A stretch of DNA of 59,870 nt from an uncultured bacterium (GCA_903873475.1 CAIQON010000235.1:1-59870), one strand, 5' to 3'; positions 1 through 10,330 are shown, counted from the stretch's first letter. The notes: generated by a model not told the origin, from the letters alone. A program made the numbers and translations.

Positions 1-3000
1 ATCTCGGCGGGCGAGACGGCGGGCAATGGCTACATGTTCAACGGCATCCCGGACGGGATCGGGGTGCTGGACAACGGTGACGGCACGCTGCGGGTCCTGG
101 TGAACCACGAGCTGGGAGCGACGGTAGGAGACGTGCGGGCGCACGGGTCGAAGGGCGCGTACGTGTCGGAGCTGGTGCTGGACAAGGCGACGCTGTCAGT
201 GGTTCGGGGTCAGGACTTCCTGCAGTCGGCGACCAACCTGTACATGGCCTCGCCGGACGGGGCGAGCTGGAGCAACGGGACGACGACGGCGTTCAGCCGG
301 TTCTGTTCGGGAGACCTGGCGGCCGATACGGCCTTTCGCAGCGGCACGACGGGCTACGACGGCCGCATCTACCTGGCGGGCGAGGAGTCCGGGGCCGAGG
401 GCCGCGCGTTCGCGCACATCGTGACCGGCGCGGAGGCGGGTCGAGTGTACGAGCTGCCTTCGCTGGGCAACCTGTCCTTCGAGAACGTGGTGGCCAACCC
501 GGTGGCGCAGGGCAAGACGGTGGTGGCGGCGCTCGACGACACGAGCACGAACGGCCAGGTTTACCTGTACGTGGGTAACAAGAGCGCGACGGGTAACGCG
601 GTGGAGCAGGCGGGCCTGGCGGGCGGCAAGCTGTTCGGCGTGAAGGTGGGCAGCGGCGCGACGGCGGCCACGGAGACGGGGGCGGTGCCAGCCGAGACCG
701 GCCTGGGCCTGGTCAACGGCGCGGCCAGCTTCAGCCTGGTGGACCTTGGCGACGTGAAGGGCAAGACGGGAGCGACGCTCAACACGGAGAGCATCGCGGC
801 GGGGGCGACGAACTTCCTGCGGCCCGAGGATGGCGCATGGAGCGCTGACGGCAAGACGTTCTACTTCGTGACGACCGCCACGACGACCACGGCGAGCCGG
901 CTGTGGGCGCTGGAGTTCACGAGCGCGGCCACTCCGGAGTCAGGCGGCACGATCCGCGTGCTGCTCGACGGCAGCGAAGGTCAGATCATGATGGACAATC
1001 TGACGGTGGCCGCGGACGGTTCGATCCTGATCCAGGAAGATCCGGGCGCGAACGACCGTCTGGCGAAGATCTGGAAGTACACGCCGTCGAACGACACGCT
1101 GGTAGAGATCGCGCAGCACGACCCGGCGCTGTTCACCGGGGCGGGCAGGCTGACCAACGACGAGGAGTCGTCGGGCATCGTCGAGGTGACGAGCTTCTTC
1201 ACCGGCGTGGCGGGCTACGACACGGCGAAGTACAACTACTTCCTGGTGGCCGACCAGATCCACAAGGGCGTCGCTTCCCCCACCTCGGTCGTCGAGATGG
1301 GTCAGCTCAGCCTGGTCGCGACCAGCAAGAACGAACTGCTCGGCGAACAGGATGCGCTGGCGAGCTACCTGAAGGCGTTCCATGCCACGCCGGCAACGGC
1401 TTTCACCCAGGCTGACACGACGCTTGCGCAGGACACCCGTATCCAGAACCTCAACTTCCGAAGCGAGGACGTGCTCGGCAATACGCCGCAGCTCTCCTTT
1501 ACCCAGCCACAGAACAGCTTCGACCTCGCCAACTACTCGCTCACGGGTCGCTATGCGCTCCCGGCCGAGCCCATCGCCGCGGAGAAACTCGCGCACGAGG
1601 CCTCTGGCGTCACGTTCAACCGGGATACCAACACCCTCTTCGTGGTCGGCGATGGCGGCACCTCGGTCACCCAGGTCACCCGGCAGGGCCTGCTCGTAGA
1701 CTCGATGGCGCTGGCCTCGGGCTCCAGCCCGCAGGGCACGTTCTTCTATGACCCCGAGGGAATCGCCTACATTGGCGGTGGCAAGTTCGTGATGGTCGAG
1801 GAACGTGAGCGTGAGGTGCACGAGTTCACCTATGCGGCCAGCACCACGCTGGGCGGATCGAGCGGCGTGCGCACGGTCAAGCTGGGTACCACCATCGGCA
1901 ACATCGGGATCGAAGGCCTCTCGTTCGATCCGCTGACCGGCGGCTTCCTCGCGGCCAAGGAAGCGACGCCGACAGGCATCTTCCAGACGACCATCGACTT
2001 CGCGGCCGGTACGGCCTCCAACGGCTCGGCGACGACCGAAAATTCGACCAACCTGTTCTCGCCGGGCCTCACCGGGCTCTCCTCGATCAACGACATCTTC
2101 GCGCTGTCCAACGTTGTCGCGAACACCGCGCCGGATGCCGCGCACTTCCTGCTGCTGAGCGCGGCGGACGGAAAGCTGCTGAAGATGGACCGCGCCGGCA
2201 ACGTCCTGAGCACGCTGCTGGTGGGAAGCGTCGCGAAGAACGAAGGCGTGACCATGGATGGGGCAGGAAACATCTACGTCGTGGGCGAGGAGGGCGGTGG
2301 CAGTCTCGACAAACCCGAATTGCTCGTGTTCGCACCGACGACCTCATCCACCGCGGTCGGCGTCGGCAGCAGCCTCTACCTGACCTTCAGTTCTCCGGTG
2401 GTTGCCGGGGCGGGGAACCTGGTGCTGAGCAACGGCGCGGGGGATACCCGGACGATCGCCGTCGGGGATGCCACGCAAGTGAGCATCAGCGGCTCTGTCG
2501 TCAAGCTGAACCCGACCGCCGATCTGCAGCCGGGTTCGTCCTACACTGTCGGCTACGCAGCCGGTGTATTCAAGAACGGCGCGGGTGCGGATGTTCCAGC
2601 GGTTGGCTCGAGCTCGCTCACGTTCAGCACCGTCGGCGACGTGCTGGCGCCAGCGCTGGTGGCTTCCACGCCACTCGACAATGCCTCCGGTGTGAACAGC
2701 AACCACATCATCCTTACCTTTAGCGAAGCAGTGCGGGCGGGTGCGGGCAACATCATCATCAGCGGGGTGAACCCCGGCGGCTTGACCGATGTACGCACGG
2801 TGCCGGTGGGCGACCTGACGCAGGTGACCTTCACCGGGACTACCGTCGACATCAACCCGGGCGCAGACCTGCGCAACGGCTACACCTACAACGTCCAGTT
2901 CTCCAGCGGCGTGATCACCGACCTCGCCGGTAACGCCTGGGCTGGTATCAACAGGCCGACGACCCTCAACTTCACGCGCGGATCGGGTGGCGCCGCCGGC

Positions 3001-5121
3001 CCGCAGACGGTGATCGTTTCGGAAGTGAACTCCAACGCCACCCCGGCGGACTTCTTCGAGCTCTACAACTATGGCACCGACACGGTCGACCTGACCGGGT
3101 GGCGCTGGGACGACGATTCCGCATCGTTCACCGACTCTGGCAGCGCAGCCTTCGCCAGCGGGACCACGATTGCGGCTGGCGGCCGCCTGGTCGTCGTCGC
3201 AGCGCCCGACGCCGCTGCGTTCCGGACAGCCTGGGGGCTCAGCCCGGAAGTCGTGACCGTTGCCACAGGTGGACCCGGGCTTGGCTCGGGCGATGCAATA
3301 GTCGTGTTCAACAGCGCAGGACAGGCGGTGACCGCGGTCAACTACAAAGGCACCGCAATCTCGGCCACCGACGGCGCGCTGATCCCGGTATCCGCGGCTG
3401 CCAGCGGCGTCACCTTCGCGGTCGGACACGCGGGCGCGGCCTACGGCGGCACCGCGACTGCCTCGGCGATCTGGGACGGCGTCTCGACGTCCGCTCCGGC
3501 GTACCGTTCCGCCGCGGTGGGGGTGCTTGGCGGATTCGCACAGCCTGCCGCCGCCGCCAACGTAGGCTCTCCGGGTGCGGTGGCTGCCGGCAGTGCGCCG
3601 GATACCACGGCGCCGACCCTGATCAGTTCGGCGCCCGGGGACAACGCGGCGTCGGTCTCGACGACGGCCAGCCTCGTGCTGACCTTCAGCGAGGCGGTCA
3701 AGGCCGGCACTGGCAGCATCGTGATCAACAACACCGCGACGGCCGGTGACACCCGCACCATCGCCGTGACCGACACCAGCCAGGTCACGTTCAGCGGCGG
3801 GGTGGTCACCGTCAACCCGACGGCCAACCTCGCCGCCGGCAACGCCTACCATGTCACCCTGGGCGCCGGCGTGATCCTCGACAACGCGAACAACCCATTC
3901 GCGGGTATTGCCGACACCACGACGCTCAACTTCGTCACGGCGACGAGCGCGCCGACGCTGCTGATCACGGAGCTGAACTCCAACGCGGGTCCGGAGGACT
4001 TCTTCGAGATCTACAACTACGGGGCAAGTGCGATCAACCTGTCGGGGTGGAAGTGGGACGACGATTCCGCCTCGTTCAGCGACCCCTCCGTCGGGACCTT
4101 CGCGGCTGGCACCACGCTGGCGGCTGGCGGACGACTGGTGGTGATCGCCGGCACAAACACCGACGCGTTCAGGACCGCCTGGGGCATGAGCGCAGACGCG
4201 CCGGTCGTGTCTACCGGTGGGTCAGGCCTTGGCCAGAACGATGCTGTAGTCCTGTTCAACGACGGCGGCTCGGTGGTCACCTCGTTCAACTACTCGGGCT
4301 CCGCGAAGAACGCCAGCGATGGCAGCGTGATCCCGACCTCCCCGGCCTCCCATGGAGTCACCTTCACCTCGGGCCACGCGGGGACGGCCTACGGCGGGAC
4401 CCTCACGACCTCGGCCGTCTGGGATGGCCTGTCGGTGACGGCACCCTCTTACCGCGCGGCCTCTGTTGGCGTGGACGGTGGGGTCGCCCAGGCCGCCACC
4501 CCCGCGAATATCGGCTCGCCCGGTAGCGTGCCTTCTCTGGACGTTGGCGAGGTCCGTTTCCTGGCCGCCAATACCGATGCCACCGACGCTTTTGCCTTCA
4601 TCCTGCTGCAGGCGGTATCGGCGGGAACCCGCCTCGGGTTCACCGACCGCAACTTCAGCGAGGCCACCGGCATGCCGGTGTCCGGTGAAAGCGCCTACCT
4701 GTGGACGGCGGACACGGCCTACAACGCCGGCACGATCGTGACCATCCAGCCCGATGTTGCGAGCGGCACGAACCCGATCGCGGACAAAGGCACGGTTCAG
4801 GGCGCGGGCGGGGGGCTGTCGACGACCGCTGAGACGATCTACGCCTTCCAGGGCAGCATCGCCGGGCTGCTCGACGGTGGGGCCGGTGCAATCACGATCG
4901 ACCGCCTGCTGGCGAGCCTCAACGTGGGCGGCGCGGCGGCGGGTGACGTGCCCACGAGCATCGCGGCGGCTTCGCAGAGCTTCAACTCAGACAATGCGAA
5001 GTACACGGCATCGACCAGCGCGACCGACATCACCGCGCTGGTCGCGTCGATCGGCAACCCGGCGAACTGGACGCTCAACGACACGACGGCATTCGCGCTG
5101 AGCAACGGCAGTCTGTTCTGA
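1..5121 (+). CDS. Giant T1SS-secreted multidomain protein, 5'-partial: PhoX/DUF839-like propeller, SdiA-regulated (YjiK) propeller, 3x SbsA Ig-like (Big_5), 2x lamin-tail domain
   Basis: Frame is open from base 1 (ISAGETAGNGYM...), so the start lies upstream. Motifs VNHE, RFCS, GEE, EN, RPEDG, MDN, QED, ESSG (PhoX-like); EASGVTF/DPEGIAY/IEGLSFD/NEGV (YjiK); DTTAPTL..S.P.DNA..LTFSEAV.AGTG (Big_5); ISEVNSN..DFFELYNYG...VDLTGW (LTD). Lies directly upstream of tolC-ABC-hlyD. Confidence 0.85.
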   Translation: MSAGETAGNGYMFNGIPDGIGVLDNGDGTLRVLVNHELGATVGDVRAHGSKGAYVSELVLDKATLSVVRGQDFLQSATNLYMASPDGASWSNGTTTAFSRFCSGDLAADTAFRSGTTGYDGRIYLAGEESGAEGRAFAHIVTGAEAGRVYELPSLGNLSFENVVANPVAQGKTVVAALDDTSTNGQVYLYVGNKSATGNAVEQAGLAGGKLFGVKVGSGATAATETGAVPAETGLGLVNGAASFSLVDLGDVKGKTGATLNTESIAAGATNFLRPEDGAWSADGKTFYFVTTATTTTASRLWALEFTSAATPESGGTIRVLLDGSEGQIMMDNLTVAADGSILIQEDPGANDRLAKIWKYTPSNDTLVEIAQHDPALFTGAGRLTNDEESSGIVEVTSFFTGVAGYDTAKYNYFLVADQIHKGVASPTSVVEMGQLSLVATSKNELLGEQDALASYLKAFHATPATAFTQADTTLAQDTRIQNLNFRSEDVLGNTPQLSFTQPQNSFDLANYSLTGRYALPAEPIAAEKLAHEASGVTFNRDTNTLFVVGDGGTSVTQVTRQGLLVDSMALASGSSPQGTFFYDPEGIAYIGGGKFVMVEEREREVHEFTYAASTTLGGSSGVRTVKLGTTIGNIGIEGLSFDPLTGGFLAAKEATPTGIFQTTIDFAAGTASNGSATTENSTNLFSPGLTGLSSINDIFALSNVVANTAPDAAHFLLLSAADGKLLKMDRAGNVLSTLLVGSVAKNEGVTMDGAGNIYVVGEEGGGSLDKPELLVFAPTTSSTAVGVGSSLYLTFSSPVVAGAGNLVLSNGAGDTRTIAVGDATQVSISGSVVKLNPTADLQPGSSYTVGYAAGVFKNGAGADVPAVGSSSLTFSTVGDVLAPALVASTPLDNASGVNSNHIILTFSEAVRAGAGNIIISGVNPGGLTDVRTVPVGDLTQVTFTGTTVDINPGADLRNGYTYNVQFSSGVITDLAGNAWAGINRPTTLNFTRGSGGAAGPQTVIVSEVNSNATPADFFELYNYGTDTVDLTGWRWDDDSASFTDSGSAAFASGTTIAAGGRLVVVAAPDAAAFRTAWGLSPEVVTVATGGPGLGSGDAIVVFNSAGQAVTAVNYKGTAISATDGALIPVSAAASGVTFAVGHAGAAYGGTATASAIWDGVSTSAPAYRSAAVGVLGGFAQPAAAANVGSPGAVAAGSAPDTTAPTLISSAPGDNAASVSTTASLVLTFSEAVKAGTGSIVINNTATAGDTRTIAVTDTSQVTFSGGVVTVNPTANLAAGNAYHVTLGAGVILDNANNPFAGIADTTTLNFVTATSAPTLLITELNSNAGPEDFFEIYNYGASAINLSGWKWDDDSASFSDPSVGTFAAGTTLAAGGRLVVIAGTNTDAFRTAWGMSADAPVVSTGGSGLGQNDAVVLFNDGGSVVTSFNYSGSAKNASDGSVIPTSPASHGVTFTSGHAGTAYGGTLTTSAVWDGLSVTAPSYRAASVGVDGGVAQAATPANIGSPGSVPSLDVGEVRFLAANTDATDAFAFILLQAVSAGTRLGFTDRNFSEATGMPVSGESAYLWTADTAYNAGTIVTIQPDVASGTNPIADKGTVQGAGGGLSTTAETIYAFQGSIAGLLDGGAGAITIDRLLASLNVGGAAAGDVPTSIAAASQSFNSDNAKYTASTSATDITALVASIGNPANWTLNDTTAFALSNGSLF

Positions 5122-5159
5122 ACGCCTGTCGTACGCCTGGTCGTTACCTGCAGTCTGCA

Positions 5160-6437
5160 CTGAGAGGGCGCAAGGAAGCGGAGTCTGTCCGCTGCTTCCT
5201 GCGCCCTGCGTGGGCGGCACTGTCTATCGCCCTGCTGCTCCCGCTCGGCAGTGCCCCGGTTTCCGCTGCCGACGACCTGCAGCGGTTGCTTGTACAGGCG
5301 ATGCTTTCGCATCCAGCGATCGCCGGTCGTGCGGCGGCGCTTGAGGCCAGCCGTGCCGACCGCGAGGGTGCCGGCTGGCAGCGGTTTCCGACGCCATCCC
5401 TGGAGGCCTCGTCCCGGGATTCAGGTTCGTCCGCGAGCCTGCTCGCCGTGGAGCAGCCGCTGTGGACCGGCGGCCGCATCACCTCCGGCATCCGTGCAGC
5501 CGGCTTCCGCGAGGAGGCAGCCAGATCGGCGCTCGCCGAGTCGCGCGAGACGATCGCGCTGCGCCTGCTCAATGCCTATGGCGAGGTCGTGCGCCAGCAG
5601 CAGCGACTCGTGCATGCAGAGATTGCCGTGCTCGAACACGAAAGGCTGGCCGCGCTCATCGGTCGCCGAGTGGCCCAGGAGGTGAGTCCGCCGTCCGATC
5701 GCGAGTTTGCACTGGCGAGGCTGGCCCAGGCCCGCGTGGAGCAGTCACTGGTCAGGCAAGCGCTGCAGGCCGCCCGCGTACAGGTGTCTCAACTGGTCGG
5801 AGCGCCGGTGAACACCGTGGGTGAGCCGGCGCCAGGCCTGAGGCCGCTGCCCCTGTCCCTGGAATCGGCCTTCGACAGTGCGGTGGCACGATCCCCGGTC
5901 CTGGAGCGTCTGGACCGCACGGCGCTCGCAGCCGGTGCAGATGTCGATGCCCGCCGCTCCGTGCTCTACCCGCAACTGGCGTTCCGGCTCGAAAAGCAGT
6001 TCGGTACGGCGGCCGATAACCGCGCGCTGGTCGTGCTGCGCGCCCAGCCCGGTGCAGGGCTGTCCGCAGGCACTGCCGTGGCTGCCGCACAGCGCCGGGT
6101 TGACGAGGCGGTGCAGGCGCGCGCGGAAGCCGTGCGCGCCCTTCGCGAGCAGGTGGAAACGACCTGGGTGCAGTACGGCTCGGCCCTCGAACGACTCGAG
6201 GGTGTCCGGCAATCGGTCGACATGAGCCAGGCCGTCTCGGAATCCTATGCCCGGCAATATGTCGCCGGGCGCAAGACCTGGATCGATGTCCTCAACGCAG
6301 TGCGCGAAGTCACGCAATCGCAGTTTGCGTTCGTCGATGCAGGGGCCCAGGCAAGGACCGCCGGTCTGACACTCTGGCTGCTCACGGGTGGCCTCGATGG
6401 AATGGACGCCGTTGGCGTTGAAGCGAGGCGACCATGA
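5160..6437 (+). CDS. TolC family outer membrane efflux protein (T1SS)
   Basis: EQPLWTGG and YARQYVAGRKTWIDVLNA motifs. The ORF track starts at TTG 5286, but an in-frame signal peptide (RPAWAALSIALLLPLGSAPVSA-ADD) lies upstream, so the start is uncertain (CTG 5148 or 5160). Confidence 0.85.
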   Translation: MRGRKEAESVRCFLRPAWAALSIALLLPLGSAPVSAADDLQRLLVQAMLSHPAIAGRAAALEASRADREGAGWQRFPTPSLEASSRDSGSSASLLAVEQPLWTGGRITSGIRAAGFREEAARSALAESRETIALRLLNAYGEVVRQQQRLVHAEIAVLEHERLAALIGRRVAQEVSPPSDREFALARLAQARVEQSLVRQALQAARVQVSQLVGAPVNTVGEPAPGLRPLPLSLESAFDSAVARSPVLERLDRTALAAGADVDARRSVLYPQLAFRLEKQFGTAADNRALVVLRAQPGAGLSAGTAVAAAQRRVDEAVQARAEAVRALREQVETTWVQYGSALERLEGVRQSVDMSQAVSESYARQYVAGRKTWIDVLNAVREVTQSQFAFVDAGAQARTAGLTLWLLTGGLDGMDAVGVEARRP

Positions 6438-8524
6438 GCGACGTCATCACCGAAGCGGCCCGCTTGTCCGGCCAGCGAATCGCGCGTGCCCGGCGAGACG
6501 CAGTCCGCCAGGCGGTAGAGCGTATCGACCCTGCCGCACCCGCGCTCGGGTTCAGCGCGGCCTGGCGGCTGGCAGGTCTCGCGGGAGAACCGCGGGCCGT
6601 GCAGTCGGCGGCGGTTGGCGACCTGCCGCTCGCGTGCTGGCTGCCCGGCGGCGAGATCTGTCTGCTCACATCGCCCGGTCCCGACGGACGGTTCGCCGGG
6701 CGCCGGCTCGATGGCCGCGCCATCGTCGTCGACCCGGCCGAGCCCGCGGCGCTTTTCGTCCGCATCGTGTCGAGGGCGGATGCGGCTCGCACGCCCGGCG
6801 CACTGGCCGTCGTGACCGCAGCCATCTGGAAGCGGCGCGGCACGCTGCTCGAAGCCGTCTGCGCGACGGCCGTCGTCAGCCTGCTCGGGCTCGGCGTCTC
6901 GCTCTACTCGATGCAGGTCTACGATCGGGTGATCCCGAACCAGGGCTATCAGTCGCTCTGGGTCCTGACCATCGGCGTCGCTGTCGCGCTGTTGCTGGAA
7001 TGGATTCTGAAGCAGGTGCGCGCCTGGATCGTCGACCAGGCCGGCGTGGCCATCGACGGCGAACTCTCGCGCTGGCTGTTCGACCGACTGCAGCATTCCC
7101 GACTCGATGCGCGGCCGCCGACCGTCGGCTCGCTCGCCGCGCAGGCGAAGGGCCTCGAGACCGTGCGTACGATGCTCACCTCGACGACCCTCTTCGTGCT
7201 CGCCGATGTCCCGTTCGCGATCTTCTTCATGCTCGTGATCGCCGCCATCGGCGGTGCCCTGGTCTGGGTACCGCTGCTGGTACTGCCGCTGGCGCTGGGC
7301 GCCGGCTTCCTGTTCCAGCATGTGATTGCGCGCGAAGCCCGGCGGATGACCGTCAGCGGCTACCGCAAGAATGGCCTGCTGGTGGAGACACTGGAAGGCG
7401 CGGAGTCCGTGCGCGCCGCCCACGCGGAGTGGCAGCTCGCCACGCGCTGGAACCGTCTCGTCGATGAGGTCGCCACCGCGGATGCCCGCATCCGCAACGC
7501 TTCGGCCTGGTCGCAGAACCTGGTGGCCCTCCTGCAGCAGGGCGGCTATGTCGCGACCGTGGCGTTCGGCGCATGGCTGATCGTCGATAACCGTCTGACC
7601 ATGGGCGCACTGCTCGCGATCACCATCATTGCCAACCGCGCGATGGCGCCGATCATCCAGCTGCCCGGGCTCATGGTCCAGTGGGCTCATGCGCGGGCCG
7701 CGCTCGATGGCATCGATCAGATCGTCGTGTTGCCGAACGACCTTGACCCGGACGCCGGGCGCACCGCGCCGGAGACGCTCGCCGGAGACCTTCGGCTGGA
7801 GGCCGCCACGTTCGCCTATGGCGCCCAACGTGTCGTGCTCGACGTGGAAAACCTGCAGATCGCGGCCGGCGAGCGGGTTGGCGTGCTGGGTACCATCGGT
7901 TCAGGAAAGTCTGCGCTGATCAAGGTGCTGTCCGGGCTGTACAGGCCGACTGCTGGCCGGGTATTGCTGGGTGGTGTCGACATGGCAGCGCTGCACCCCG
8001 CCTATTCACGCGAAGCCATCGGCTATCTCCCGCAGGATTCGCGACTGGTGAGCGGAACCCTTCGCGAGAACATCCTGCTGGGCCTGGCCGATCCCGGCGA
8101 TGACGCGATCCTGGATGCAGCGCGCAAGACCGGCCTGATCGACCTGGTGGGCCGGCATCCCCAGGGCCTGGCGCTGGGTATCACCGAGGGCGGACGCGGC
8201 GTGTCCGGTGGGCAGCGCCAGCTGATCGCCCTCACCCGCCTGGTGCTGGCGAAGCCCCGCATCTGGCTGCTCGACGAGCCGACCGCGTCGATGGACAACG
8301 AATCGGAGCTGCGAGTCCTGCAGCTCCTGCAGTCCAGCGTCGGCCCGCAGGACACGCTGGTGGTCGCTACGCACAAGAGTGCCTTCCTGCCGCTGCTCAC
8401 CCGGATCATCGTGATCCGCGACGGACGCGTGGTGATGGACGGGGCGCGCGATCTCGTCCTGAAGGCACTGCAGTCCCGGGTACCGGCCAACGGCGAGCCG
8501 CCGACGCAGCGAGGACAGGCATGA
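6434..8524 (+). CDS. Type I secretion permease/ATPase (LapB/HlyB-like)
   Basis: YSMQVYDRVIP transmembrane motif, Walker A GTIGSGKS, signature VSGGQRQ, Walker B LLDEPT; ATGA overlap with tolC. Confidence 0.95.
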   Translation: MSDVITEAARLSGQRIARARRDAVRQAVERIDPAAPALGFSAAWRLAGLAGEPRAVQSAAVGDLPLACWLPGGEICLLTSPGPDGRFAGRRLDGRAIVVDPAEPAALFVRIVSRADAARTPGALAVVTAAIWKRRGTLLEAVCATAVVSLLGLGVSLYSMQVYDRVIPNQGYQSLWVLTIGVAVALLLEWILKQVRAWIVDQAGVAIDGELSRWLFDRLQHSRLDARPPTVGSLAAQAKGLETVRTMLTSTTLFVLADVPFAIFFMLVIAAIGGALVWVPLLVLPLALGAGFLFQHVIAREARRMTVSGYRKNGLLVETLEGAESVRAAHAEWQLATRWNRLVDEVATADARIRNASAWSQNLVALLQQGGYVATVAFGAWLIVDNRLTMGALLAITIIANRAMAPIIQLPGLMVQWAHARAALDGIDQIVVLPNDLDPDAGRTAPETLAGDLRLEAATFAYGAQRVVLDVENLQIAAGERVGVLGTIGSGKSALIKVLSGLYRPTAGRVLLGGVDMAALHPAYSREAIGYLPQDSRLVSGTLRENILLGLADPGDDAILDAARKTGLIDLVGRHPQGLALGITEGGRGVSGGQRQLIALTRLVLAKPRIWLLDEPTASMDNESELRVLQLLQSSVGPQDTLVVATHKSAFLPLLTRIIVIRDGRVVMDGARDLVLKALQSRVPANGEPPTQRGQA

Positions 8525-9696
8525 GGCAGATGAAGTTCGTATCCAGCAAGGGGCGCGCCGCGGTCCACGTGCTGCTCTGGCTGTCGATCGGCGCGGTCAT
8601 CGCCTTCGTGCTCTGGACGCGCTGGGCGATGGTCGACGAGATCACCCGCGCGCCGGGTCAGGTGATCACGACCTCGCGCAACCAGGTCATACAGGCGCCA
8701 CCCAGCGGCGGCGTGGTCGAGGCCATCCTGGTGCGCGAGGGCAGCACGGTCACACGAGGCCAGTTGCTGGTGCGTTTCGAGCGGCCGCGCCTCCAGGCCA
8801 CCGTCGATGAGGTCGCGGGACGGGCTGCGGCCCTGCGCGCCACCATTGCCCGTCTCGAGGCCGAGGTGTTCGGCCGGCCTGCGCCGGTGTTTCCGCGCGA
8901 ACTCGATGCATGGCCCCAGTTCCGCACGAACCAGCTCGCACTGTTCCAGCGGCGCGGCAAGCTGCTGGCCGAGGAGTTGTCCGCGCTCGACCGCCAGCGT
9001 GATCTGGCGCAGCAGGAGCTGGACCTGAACCTGCCGCTGCTGGCCAGTGGCGATGTCAGCCGCGCGGAGATCCTGCGCCTGCAACGCCAGGTCGCCGACT
9101 TCGCGGGACAGATCGTGAACAAGAGAAATCGCTATCTGCAGGACAGCCAGGCAGAGCTTGGCAAGGCACAGGAAGACCTGGCGGGCACCTCACAGCTCGT
9201 CGCACAGCGCCGCGAAGAGCTCGACCTCACCGAGGTGCACGCGCCCATGGACGGCGTCGTGCGCAACGTGCGCATCACCACGCGCGGTGCAGTCGCCAGG
9301 CCGGGCGACGAGCTGATGCAGATCGTGCCGGTGGACGATCGCCTGCTGATCGAAGCCAAGGTCCGGCCGACCGACATCGGCTTCGTGCGCACCGGCCTGC
9401 CGGCGAGCGTGAAGCTCGACGCATTCGACTACGCGATCTATGGTGCCCTTTCGGGAACGACCACGTTCGTGAGCGCGGATACGCTGACCGAGCAGGTGGG
9501 TGGCCAGGAAGTCGCCTACTACCGCGTGCATGTGCGCATCGACGAGTCCGGACCGCGCACCGGGCGTGGCGACCGAATACTGCTTCAGCCCGGCATGACC
9601 GCCACCGTAGAGATACGCACCGGCGAGCGCAGCATCTGGCGGTACCTGACCCGTCCGATCACGCGCACGATGGACGAGGCGCTGCGCGAGCGTTGA
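8521..9696 (+). CDS. HlyD family type I secretion membrane fusion protein
   Basis: N-terminal TM helix, ILVREGSTV, APMDGVV, LQPGMTATVEIRTG; ATGA overlap with the ABC gene. Confidence 0.95.
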   Translation: MRQMKFVSSKGRAAVHVLLWLSIGAVIAFVLWTRWAMVDEITRAPGQVITTSRNQVIQAPPSGGVVEAILVREGSTVTRGQLLVRFERPRLQATVDEVAGRAAALRATIARLEAEVFGRPAPVFPRELDAWPQFRTNQLALFQRRGKLLAEELSALDRQRDLAQQELDLNLPLLASGDVSRAEILRLQRQVADFAGQIVNKRNRYLQDSQAELGKAQEDLAGTSQLVAQRREELDLTEVHAPMDGVVRNVRITTRGAVARPGDELMQIVPVDDRLLIEAKVRPTDIGFVRTGLPASVKLDAFDYAIYGALSGTTTFVSADTLTEQVGGQEVAYYRVHVRIDESGPRTGRGDRILLQPGMTATVEIRTGERSIWRYLTRPITRTMDEALRER

Positions 9697-9756
9697 GTTC
9701 GCGCCTGCGCGGCGAAGCTGGCGCTTGCCGGATATTCTCGCGAAGCAATAAATGCA

Positions 9757-9774
9757 AGGTCATCCCATGAGCCA
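9757..9774. promoter_or_regulatory. Imperfect copy of putative WYL operator (AGGTCA-TCCCA-TGAGCCA)
   Basis: Same right arm, same 5-nt spacing and similar TCC spacer as the perfect palindrome at 10308-10330; about 100 nt upstream of the lipoprotein gene. Confidence 0.5.
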
Positions 9775-9871
9775 TCGCTCGTGGATGCTCCCGGCTGTTG
9801 GCCTCGTCATTGACGGGCTTCCAACCGCGTGGCGGCGTCTCCGCTGCACGCGATAACCGGGAGACAGGATC

Positions 9872-10297
9872 ATGCTCGAAAAGACGACTGCCGTCGCACT
9901 CTGCTTCGCGCTCGCAGTGGGTGGTTGTGCCACCGCATCGAAAGACATCGTGCCTCAGAGTGTGTCGCCCCTTTCCTATCAGGGCCTGGACTGCGACCAG
10001 CTCAGTGCCGAGCTGGGTCGAATCAGCAGGCGTACGGTGGAGCTTGGTGGGCGCCTGGACCAGGCCGCATCAAATGATGTCGCGCTGACGACGGCCGGCG
10101 TGTTGCTTTTCTGGCCGGCGTTGTTTTTTCTGGGCGGCACCCGCGCCCAGGAAGCCGAGTACGGACGGCTGAAAGGCGAAGCCGACGCCGTGCAGCAGGC
10201 GGCCGTAGTGAAGCGCTGCACGCTCGTGGTGCCCCCGACTCCGGCGCCTCCGTCCGCTCCGAAGACGATCGATGCCTCGGCGTCGACTTCTCAGTAG
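9872..10297 (+). CDS. Hypothetical lipoprotein
   Basis: Lipobox-type signal LAVGG-C, RBS AGGA, hydrophobic segment GVLLFWPALFFL, two further Cys residues. Confidence 0.75.
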   Translation: MLEKTTAVALCFALAVGGCATASKDIVPQSVSPLSYQGLDCDQLSAELGRISRRTVELGGRLDQAASNDVALTTAGVLLFWPALFFLGGTRAQEAEYGRLKGEADAVQQAAVVKRCTLVVPPTPAPPSAPKTIDASASTSQ

Positions 10298-10307
10298 CGG
10301 GTAAGCG

Positions 10308-10330
10308 GCTGGCTCATCCAGTGAGCCAGC
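10308..10330. promoter_or_regulatory. Perfect 9-5-9 inverted repeat, putative WYL autoregulatory operator
   Basis: GCTGGCTCA-TCCAG-TGAGCCAGC, 42 nt before the WYL start codon; no U-tract follows. Confidence 0.55.
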
